In this document: positions 54,674-64,000 of the stretch, piece by piece
Numbering within the stretch: the first letter of the stretch is position 1
Layout of the letters: every line of letters begins with the position of its first letter
Assembly: GCA_016748015.1 (NCBI GenBank)
Contig: JAAOMT010000009.1
Location: forward strand, 2,092,200-2,156,199
Source of the DNA: Geosiphon pyriformis uo1
Taxonomy: Eukaryota; Fungi; Glomeromycota
Direction of reading: 5' to 3'
DNA: 64,000 bases
Notes under the pieces: model-generated
Database searches by the model: none
Seen by the model: the letters and a program-made list of their open reading frames with translations, nothing else
What the model was told of the DNA's origin: nothing
Position numbers and translations under genes: made by a program

Positions 54674-55654
54674 TGTTATCAGAGGTTTTTGGTCTCCTTT
54701 CTTGAATGTTGTTGATGCCTGTTTGCTGTGAATTCACGTTTTTAGGAAGTAGTTGAACCTCCAGCAACTGAATTTATCTTCAAATTATCTCCTATAATTT
54801 GAACTTGCTAGGCTTATGAATGGAATGGCCAATTTTATGCCAGTTGCTTTATGTAGTTATGTTGTAGTAAACATCAACTCTTTCCCAGGAATTGCTCGTC
54901 TAAAAGCTCACTAAAAATGTGTAGTTATTTTGCTGTGAAAGTCAACTCTTCTACAGAAATCTTGTTTGTAGACTACCTTAATGATTGTAATAAGAAAAGA
55001 AAAAAAAAATAAAAGAAATGTAAAAGAAATAGGATTTTATCAAGGGAAACGTTTTTTTATCCAGGCCTGGAATCACTAACAGTTTACTGAAATTGGTAGC
55101 TAATCAATTTCAAAACATTAGTTGGATTTTGGAGATTTTCCAAGTGCAATAATTAAAGAATTTGGTTTTTTGAATTATTTGATATTTATTTCTTTTTGTG
55201 TACATAGGAATGGTTTTAAGTAATAAATCTAAAGTAAGATATATTTTCTCAAAGAGAGATGCTTTTCTTTTATACAACTTGTCATAACACTATTCTATGA
55301 ACTTGAACTTTGCTATTTTCTACAATTTCGCTGAACTAAAGATATATTTCAGTAAACTACAAGTTATTTCTGTGAACTATTAAATATTTTGGTGAACTAT
55401 CAATTATTTTGGCAAATTTCTACAAATTTCGACAAACTTTTGAATGTTATATAGTTTGGGGTATTGCATGATTGATCATCGCAATTAGGTTACATTTGTG
55501 TTGTGTACAAATTGGGTTATTAATTTAAATGATAATTTTGGACATTTTGCTAATGTAATAAGTGATAATTTGAAATGATAATATATGCTAATTAATGATA
55601 GGATTTATAAGATAATTTCATGCTAAATAATATCTCTAATTTTGTCTGGTAACA
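54674..55654 (-). repeat. 3' LTR (981 bp)
   Basis: TGTTA...TAACA termini with a roughly 10-bp inverted repeat (TGTTAYYAGA/TCTGGTAACA); matches 63344-64000 at a constant offset of 8670. Confidence 0.93.
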
Positions 55655-55668
55655 TAATCTCCTCCTCA
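55655..55668 (-). promoter_or_regulatory. Polypurine tract
   Basis: Minus strand TGAGGAGGAGATTA lies immediately before the LTR's TGTTACC. Confidence 0.8.
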
Positions 55669-55777
55669 AGACTGAGCTTCATCGAAGTCCAAGTACTGTC
55701 TGTAATTTCCAGATAGTAATCCAAAATTATTAAAGAAATTTGGTCTGAAAATTGTTGAAATTTCAGTTCTGTGAGCT

Positions 55778-56064
55778 NNNNNNNNNNNNNNNNNNNNNNN
55801 NNNNNNNNNNNNNNNNNNNNNNNNNNNNNNNNNNNNNNNNNNNNNNNNNNNNNNNNNNNNNNNNNNNNNNNNNNNNNNNNNNNNNNNNNNNNNNNNNNNN
55901 NNNNNNNNNNNNNNNNNNNNNNNNNNNNNNNNNNNNNNNNNNNNNNNNNNNNNNNNNNNNNNNNNNNNNNNNNNNNNNNNNNNNNNNNNNNNNNNNNNNN
56001 NNNNNNNNNNNNNNNNNNNNNNNNNNNNNNNNNNNNNNNNNNNNNNNNNNNNNNNNNNNNNNNN
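55778..56064. other. Assembly gap
   Basis: Run of N. Confidence 0.99.
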
Positions 56065-56155
56065 AGCTAATCAATTTCAAAATGTTAGTTGGGTTTTAGG
56101 GGGTTTTTCCAAGTACAATAATTAAAGAATTTGGTTTTTCGAATTATTTGATATT

Positions 56156-56190
<35 letters not shown>

Positions 56191-56241
56191 TTTTTGGTAA
56201 GATTGTTTCTAAATTATAAAGGAATAACTAGTAAAATTAAA

Positions 56242-59200
56242 TTAAGTGTTCAGGTTGGAAGGTTGTTTAATAACAACTATTGGTTCTAAGTTTTGGGAAA
56301 TATTTTCAGAATTGACTAAAGGGAAATGTGTACCAATTTGTAAAATTAATGGTTCAGGATTGTTTCTGGAATAATAGTGTTTCAAATGATCTCTATGTGC
56401 AACTTTTGCTAGGATTTTGTCATCAAGTCTTAGCTTGTATGATCTATTGTCTAGGACTTCATGGATAAAGAATGGTCCATCCCATTTATTTTCAAATTTT
56501 CCACTCCATTGTTTTTCAGCTTTAGTTTTGTGTAAGAGAACTTTGTTTCCGATTTTAAATTTATTGGTAACTGGAGACAATTCGTCATCATGTCATTCTT
56601 TTTGTCGAGCTTGGGAGTGTTCAATATGGATGGCTGCTATTCATCATTTTCCTTCCAATGTGCTAAGCAGAGTGTAGGCTCTTCGCTGAAGCATTTCTTG
56701 GAAATTGTTTTTATTGATTGATTGTGCTGGATATGTTTCCACTGTGAAACTAATTGGTAATGTTGCTGTCCTTCTGTAAGTTAAATCAAATGGTGTGTGT
56801 TTTGTGGTATCTTGTTTTAGTGTTCTGTATGCTAGCAACACTAATGGAATAAAGATATCCCATTCTTGCTCAAAATCAGTTGAGACTTTGGCTAATGACT
56901 CACACAATGTTCTGTTAAAATGTTCCACAAGTCTGTTTGTTTGTGAATGGTAAGGCGAAGACAGAGATCTTTTGACATTGAATCATTCACAAATTTCTTA
57001 TATTAAGTTGTTCACAAAATGTGTCCTCTAATCGGATAAAAGTTCAATTGGATATCTGTGTCTACAAATTATGTTTTCATAGATGAAATTTGCTACTGAT
57101 TTTGCATCTGCTTGTTGAATGGCTCTGGCTTTGGGCCATTTAGTAAGATAGTCTACAGCTACTGCAATATAACGGTTTCCTTGAGTGGTGATAGATAGTG
57201 GTCTGACTAAATTGATACCAACTTGGTCAAAGAGTTGTCCAACTTTGATTGAATTTAATAGTTCAGTAGGGTGTGTTTCTCTTTTTCTTTGACAACTATC
57301 ACAAGATTCAACATATTCGTGAATGTCTTTTCTCATTTGAGGCTAAAAGTAGTATTCTAGTGTTCTTTGGGTGGTGCTATCTTTTCCGAAGTGTGCTGAT
57401 GAAGGATCTGAGTGCATGTTGTATAATATGGTCTCTTTTTTCTGTTCTTGTATTAATCTGAGTAGTTTGTTTGGGTTTTTGAAATTTCAATGATAAATAA
57501 TATTGTTGTGTAGAAAATATTGTTTGGCTTGTTGTTATAGTCAATGTTTTTCATCTGGAGACCAATCTGTTGGGATTGTTAATGTTTCCAAATATTGTTT
57601 GAGATTGTTGTAGTTTTTTGAATTCATTGTTTGTTGGCTCTTTTGGTTGGTTAAGTTGAGTGTTGGTTTTTGTGTTTTCTAATCTTGTCTCATTCTGGAG
57701 AGACAGTCAACATTGGTGTGAAGTTTTCCTGGTTTGTGATGTACTATGTATTGATAGTTTGCTAAAAATTCTGTCCATCAGATTTGTTTTGCATTCAGCT
57801 GAGTATTTTTGTTCTGAAGCCATTTGAGTCCAATATTATCAGTGATAATATCAAATTCTTTAAGCCTGAGATAAAAGTTGAAGTGGTGTAGGGCCCAAAT
57901 TATGGCTGCTGTTTCTAGTTTTGTGGCAGGGTAGTTTTTCTCAGCTGGTTTTAATGTTCTGCTAGCATAAGCAATTACTTGCTCATTTCCGTTGTCATCT
58001 AGTTGTGATAAGATGGCACCAAAGGCAGTATACGAAGCATCTGTAGCTAGTCAAAATTGGTTGCTGAAATCTGGGTAGGCAAGGATTAGAGCTGTTGTTA
58101 GTTTTTCCTTAAGAATTCCAAAAGCTTTTTGGTGTTCGGTAGTCCATTTGTATTCAACGTTTTTGGTGGTGAGCTGGTTGAGGGGTTTTACAATTTCCAA
58201 GAATCTTTTAATAAACTTCTGATAGTAGAATACTAATCTTATGAATCCTCTTAGTTCTGTAATGTTTTGAGAAGTTTTGAAGTTTTTGACAATGCTAATT
58301 TTTCCAGAGTCTGGTTTAATTCTATCTTTACTAATAATATGCCCAAGGAAGGCCAAGCTTGTTTTTCCAAAGTAGCATTTTTTGATGTTGAGTTTTAGTC
58401 CTGCTTTTCATAATCATTGAAAAACTTCTCGCAGGTGTTTTAAGTATAATTTGAACAATGGAGAATAAACATCAATATTATTAAGATAAATGACTACTGA
58501 CTTCCAAAGAAGTCCTTGGTATACAACATCCATTAATCTCTGAAATGTTGCTGGTGCATTGCATAATCCGAAAAACATTACATTAAACTCATAATTTCTA
58601 TCTTGGGTAGTGAATGCTGTCTTGAGGCAATCTTTGAGATCCATAGCAACTTGCCAATAACCACTTTCTAAATCTAGTGTTGAAAAATATTTGGATTTTC
58701 CAAGGGCATCTAACATGTTATCAATCCAGGGAAGGGGGTAGGCATCTCCAATTGTAACACTGTTGAGTTGTTGATAGTCAACACAAAATCGGATCTTTCC
58801 ATTTTTTTTTTAACTAGCACTACAAATAAAGCCCAAAGACTCATAGAGGATTGGATGAGCCCATTGTTAAGCATTTGTTGTACTTTTTTTCAGATAAATT
58901 GGTGGCTTTCTGGAGCAACTTGATATGCTTGTTGTCTTCTTGGTTTGGCATTTCCTGTATAAATTTGGTGTTGGACCAAATCGGTTTTTCCTAAGTCATT
59001 GTTGTTTTCAGCGAAGATATCGGCAAATTCCGCAATTAGCTTTTTAAGCTGGGTCTGTTGTTGTGGTTCAAGTTGTCCTATGTTGATTTGAGATAGTTTT
59101 TCTATAACAACATAATAGTTTTCAGAGCTGGAGTTTGGGTTGATTTTTGGTAGTAAATGTCCAATAATTTCAGAGAAATCAGGAACTGTCTGGGGTAGTT

Positions 59201-62200
59201 CTTGTTGAAATATATTATTGTGAATAACTCCAATTTCTAAATTATTTAATAAAAATTATGGGGTAATTATTGGGGTTGTAAAAAGTAACTTGGACTTTCT
59301 TTGTTTCTTTTGGAATATAAATGTTTGGGATCAAAATATTATGTTCCAAGTAGACTTGTTCATTGGACTCAAAAATTTGTTGTGTGGTTGTTGGCTTTGG
59401 ACAGATGTAGATTTCTGGATGTTCTCCAAAGGATGAGATGGTAATTGGTTGTGGAAGTCTGAGAATCTGGTGGGATTCATTCTGTGTGTTAAGAGCTATA
59501 TTAACTGGAACTGTGAATTGTCTAGTTGAACCAAAACCTTGGGTTCCTCTATCGCTTTTTCCTAATTGTTCTCTTTGATTGACTAGTTGCAAACCCGAAA
59601 TGTTGATTAGGGGTAGATAAATAGCTTGGGCAATTTTTTCAGCATGTTTGATCTTGAATGGTTTGTCAGTTTCATTTTGAAGCATCACTGTAATGTCTCC
59701 AGTATATCCAGCATCGATTATTCCTCCTCTGACATTGATTCCTTTGCTTGCCAGAGAGGACTGGGAGGTAATTTGAACCATTGCTCCTGGTGGAATTTTG
59801 AGTGCAATTTTGAGGTTAATTTTTGTGAGAGATTTGGGTTTGAGAACAAGAGTATCCTTGCCTGGATATCTTAGGTCATATCCAGCATCAATTTCGTGTG
59901 TTTTTTCGAGTTTTATTCCTTGTCTGTTGTTGTTGAAGTATTTAAGTTGTAAGGCAGGCTGATTTTCAATAAGGTAGATGGGTGTTGTTTCAATTTCTTC
60001 TGTTGCTTCAGGTTCTCCAAATTCAATTTTGTTCTCATCATTTTTACTGGGCAAGGGGATACTAAGAGTGTAGTATTCAGGACACCACTGTTCATCACAA
60101 GACATAATGCATTCTCCACATAGCCTAATGTTTATTTGCTCTAATTGTTGAATTTGAGCTTCTTGGGTTGGGTAGTTGTGACTTGCAATTTGGTGGTAAA
60201 CTTCTACTTCGTCTTTATAATCAAATCCAGCTAATTCCATGGTGTATTCAATGTATTCTGCTTCCTTCATTTGACAAACATCTTCTTTGGTAGCTCCATT
60301 AATTAATGCTATTGCTAGGTCAAAAATCATCTTGGCATCATGGGGGTAGTGATAAAGTTTGTTGAGAGCACTGTTGTATGCTGCATTAAAGAGTGTTCCT
60401 CTTTTTACTTTTTCTGAAATTGATAAAGCATAGTGGCAGGTCTGATCGCAGACTCCTCCTCTCATGGCTACATCAATCCAATTGCATTCTTCCAGTAGCA
60501 TATCTCCACAAGTCAAACAAAGGGTGTTGTCCCATTTTCCGCTCTTTTTTATTAGATGGTCCCATCATTCTCTGTGGCAAGCCTTGCAATAATAACAAGT
60601 ATGATTTTCATATTTTTCTTCAGGTAAAATGCAGGCTCCCATTGATGATAGTTTTTTGTGGCAGTCCTTATATTTAAGGGGAATATAGGGGCATTGTTTT
60701 CTTGGTTTGGGTTTTGAGTAAGAGATATTCCATCCAGAGGTTTCGGGTTCAGAGTGTGGGGTAAAATGTTTTTGTTCTGTTTCATCAGCCCAGTTGGATG
60801 TTGATTTAAAAGCCATGAATGTTTCAATGAGGGGTTTTTTCTCTTCTGGTTTGAATTCAAAAGCTGGGGCTTTTTCAGAGCATTTGTTGAATGTACTACA
60901 AGTGGCAGGTACCCGGGCATGTTGTCCTTGGTAGAAGATTGTTAACTCTTGTGTTTCCCAATTCAGATTAGCATTGGCTTTTTGAAGCCAATCATTTCCG
61001 ATGAGAGCTTGGTACTGGGGTGTATCCATTATAAGAACTTTGACTGGAATGGTGATTCCATTAAGAGTGAATGGAAAATTGTCAATTTCTCCTACTGGGG
61101 TCTTTTTCATGCCATTAGCAGTGATGATTACTGTTTGAGCTGGTCGGTCAACATTTCTCTTCAACTGTTGCATTAACTGGTAGGTAATAATGCTTCTGGC
61201 AGATCCATGGTCTAGGATCAAGTGAATTGTTTTTTCTTCGACTTCTGCTTCAGTGTACATAGCCATGATTGCTTTTTGTTCATTGGTGGCTGCATTGCTA
61301 AGCAGGAATGGTGACTCATTTGCTTCGAACTCAAAAGGGAATATATCTGAAAGGTTAACATTTTCAGCGATTCTGGCTGATAGGATTGTGGTAGGAGTAT
61401 AGGAAGGGTTTTGTTGTTGTGCTGCAGCTCTACCTTCTGAGAGTGCTGTATGGTAAAAATTCTGTTTTTTTGGCATTGTTAAATAACTGGGTTGAGTGTG
61501 GTAGTGGTTGGGTCTTGGTTGAGTGGAATTTCAGGGAACTAATTGGTTGTTCGAACTGATTCTATTGTTGTTTACTTGGTATTAGTTTTGTGGTATGAAT
61601 TGATTTTGTGTAATCAGTCTTCAAGCAGGTACTTGATAATATTGTGTGGGTAGTTGTTGGTATTGCTGTTGGATTGGCTGTGGGGCAGATTGATAATAGT
61701 TATTTTGGTATTGGGGTCTTGGTGGATAGTAAGCTGGTGGTGGTGGTTAATAATAAGATTGTTGTGGTGGAGAATAACGTTGATTACTCCTATTTTGTTG
61801 GTCTCATTGTAGCTTTCTACAATCTTTTTTCCAGTGGCCAGAGATTTCACAGTAATGGCAATTCTGAGGCTGGTTATTGGAAAGTGGTGCAAAGTTATTT
61901 TGATTTTATCTTTGGGATGGTTGATATCTTTGGGATTGCTGTTGTTGTTGATTGGTGAAATAGTTTTCAATCTTCTTTGTGAGTTGGTCAATTTTTTCCT
62001 CAGCTGCTGAGCTGGTTTTTCCAATTGCCAAATTTACAAGTTTTGTGCGATTGGCCTCTTCCATGGCCATTTCGTATCTTTTCACATGCTATATGGCAGA
62101 GTTTAAATCTTCTGGCGCACGTGAGTGAACTTTTTTAATTAGTTTATCTTTTAGACCAGCAATAAATTGATTCAAGATTTGAGCATCAGAATAATAATTG

Positions 62201-63340
62201 TTTGTTTCAAGTTGGCGAATTTGTCTGAGAAGTTTGTTGAATTTTCCAATATAAGTCATAACAGATTTGGAGGGTTCTTGTTTGATATTTCGAAAACGAT
62301 TGTGAAGAGTGATGGAGGTATTATTGTCAGTGAACTGTTCAAGGAAGGCTGCTTTGAAAGTATTCCAATCATTGAATGGGGCAGCCAAGTTTTCAAACCA
62401 TTCTCCTGCTGTTTCTTTGAGAAAGTAGGGAATTGTTCTTAATATTCTGGCAGCATTCCATCTATTTGCATCTCTAGCTTTAGTAACTTGGTTGAGTCAT
62501 TTTTGGGGACTGGTCTCAATGTCTTCTCTATTAAATTCAGGGATTTTTGTGATGTATGTTGTCATTTTGTCTTTTTCATTTTCACTGTCTATTGATTCTT
62601 CTTCAGATATTTCAGATTTGTTTTCTTCATTCACTGCTGTCTTAGAGTGTTCACTTTGATTTTCAGCTAGAAAGTCAAGGAGATTGGAACTAGTTTGAAG
62701 AGGTTTTTGTTGTCTGATAAGACTTCTGAGTAATGTAAAATTTTTTGGTCTTGCAAATTGATTCAAGAGTGAATTAGGTGTTTGTGCTTGTGTAAATAAA
62801 GCTGGAAAAGGTGTGATAGTAAGTGGAAGTTTTGAACTGGTTCTTTGTTCAAATGTTTGTAAATGTTTGGCAGTTGTTTTTAGTAGTATTGGAGTATTTG
62901 GGGTGGTTTTTGAGTATTGCTTTAATTTGTTTTTGCCTTTGTTGCTTGTTTTTGTTTCTGATTCAAAATCAATAAAGTATTGAGACTGCACTAGATATGT
63001 TTCTTCACAGTATTTGATAATGTTAAAATTAAGTTCGTGAAAGTAAGTGGCAAGTATTTTGCTGTTAAGGTCTTCAGTTCCCAACTGTGAATAGTGTGCT
63101 AAATTATTGTAAAGGTTGCTTTTAACTTCTGAGATATTGTAATTTCCAAAAAAATAATTGTTGATACGGTTTTCAATGTATTAGTATACTGATTTCTTGA
63201 CAACTTCAATTCCATCTGGAATGTTGAATCTTTGCTTGCAGTGGGTGTAAATTGATTGGTAATACTTTAGAGTTGTTACATCTGGTGTGGTCGCTACTTT
63301 GAATTTTGTTGTTGCTGTGTTATTTCCATGGGAGAGCACC
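56242..63340 (-). pseudogene. Single-frame gag-pol polyprotein (about 2360 codons), interrupted by stop codons
   Basis: All domain-bearing minus ORFs (starting 63084, 62388, 61476, 60516, 58716, 58356, 57336, 56928, 56580) share one frame. Gag: AGEWF..DWNTFKAAFLEQF, QFIAGL, CHYCEISGHWKKDC. PR: LILDHGSA. RT: LDLESGYWQ, KTAF, FGLCNAPATFQ, YLNNI (from YLDDI). RNase H: TDAS. IN: H..H..CDSC, DYLTKW, EHFNRTL, WDGPF. Confidence 0.93.
59520..59900 (-). other. dut: dUTPase domain inside pol (trimeric type)
   Basis: All five motifs are recognisable: AGYDL, SQSSLA (RSS-derived), GIIDAGYTG, KIAQAI, RGTQGFGST. Confidence 0.93.
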
Positions 63341-63341
63341 A
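63326..63341 (-). promoter_or_regulatory. Primer-binding site
   Basis: Minus strand TGGTGCTCTCCCATGG starts 2 nt after the LTR end, complementary to a tRNA ending ...GAGAGCACCA. The tRNA was not identified. Confidence 0.85.
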
Positions 63342-63343
63342 AA

Positions 63344-64000
63344 TGTTACTAGAGATTTTTGGTCTCCTTTCTTGAATGTTGTTGATGCCTGTTTGCTGTG
63401 AATTCACGTTTCCAGGAAGTAGTTGGACCTCCAGTAACTGAATTTATCTTCAAATTATCTCCTATAATTTAAACTTGCTGGACTTATGAATGAAATAGCC
63501 AATTCCATGCCAGTTGCTTTATGTAATTATGTTGTAGTAAATGTCAACTCTTTCCCAGGAATTGCTTGTTTAGAAGCTCACTAAAAATGTGTAGTTACTT
63601 TGCTGTGAAAGTCAACTTTTCTACAGAAATCTTGTCTGTAGGCTACCTTAATGATTGTAATAAGAAAAGAAAAAAAAAATAAAAGAAATGTAAAAGAAAT
63701 AGGATTTTATCAAGAGAAACGTTTTTCTATTCAGGCCTGGAGTCACTAACAGTTTACTGAAATTGGTAGCTAATCAATTTCAAAACGTTAGTTGGGTTTT
63801 GGAAATTTTTTAAGTGCAATAATTAAAAAATTTGGTTTTTTGAATTATTTGATATTTATTTTTTTTTGTGTATGTAGGAATGGTTTTAAGTAATAAATCT
63901 AAAGTAAGATACATTTTCTTGAAGAGAGATGCTCTTCTTTTATACAACTTGTCATAACACTATTCTATGAACTTGAACTTTGCTATTTTCTACAATTTCA
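63344..64000 (-). repeat. 5' LTR (partial, truncated by the window edge)
   Basis: Aligns without gaps to 54674-55330. Confidence 0.95.

Larger units (their letters stand above)
54674..64000 (-). mobile_element. Ty3/Gypsy LTR retrotransposon with dUTPase; the 5' LTR runs off the window
   Basis: Paired LTRs, PBS, PPT and the domain order gag-PR-(Cys-rich)-dUTPase-RT-RNase H-IN. Confidence 0.96.

Noticed and set aside
55400-55777. Possible extra ORF reading across the PPT into the 3' LTR (LSLEEEIMLPDKIRDII)
   Set aside because: Short, cut by the gap, and followed by frequent stops.
55752-56099. ORFs made of X residues
   Set aside because: They span the N gap.
38714-63340. Stop-codon reassignment or readthrough as the cause of in-frame stops
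   Set aside because: All three stop types occur, their positions mostly differ between copies, catalytic residues are hit too (YLNN), and host genes use the standard code.

Overview
This is a eukaryotic, very AT-rich fungal window. The short GT-AG introns, the intronless Sel1-repeat gene and the TE families suggest an early-diverging fungus, probably Mucoromycota/Glomeromycotina (inference). The left third holds host genes: a 9-exon DHHC palmitoyltransferase, a solitary 5S rRNA gene, a glyoxalase II-like gene with a broken metal-binding motif, a Sel1-repeat gene and two decayed ORF remnants, separated by near-pure AT blocks. From about 23.5 kb onward the window is a nest of transposons: at least seven copies or remnants of one RNase H-bearing LINE family at very different stages of decay, plus a Ty3/Gypsy element carrying a dUTPase and an unexplained Cys-rich insert. 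The strongest signal is a repeat-directed C-to-T/G-to-A hypermutation process. By hand count, the two LTRs differ at 42 of 657 positions, all transitions with no indels, and 33 of 42 are outside CpG with no CpA preference. The younger TE ORFs stay in one frame and are broken almost only by stop codons, and older copies are eroded into AT deserts. This resembles RIP but with a different spectrum, in a lineage where I know of no established RIP. All coordinates and counts were obtained by eye, without tools.
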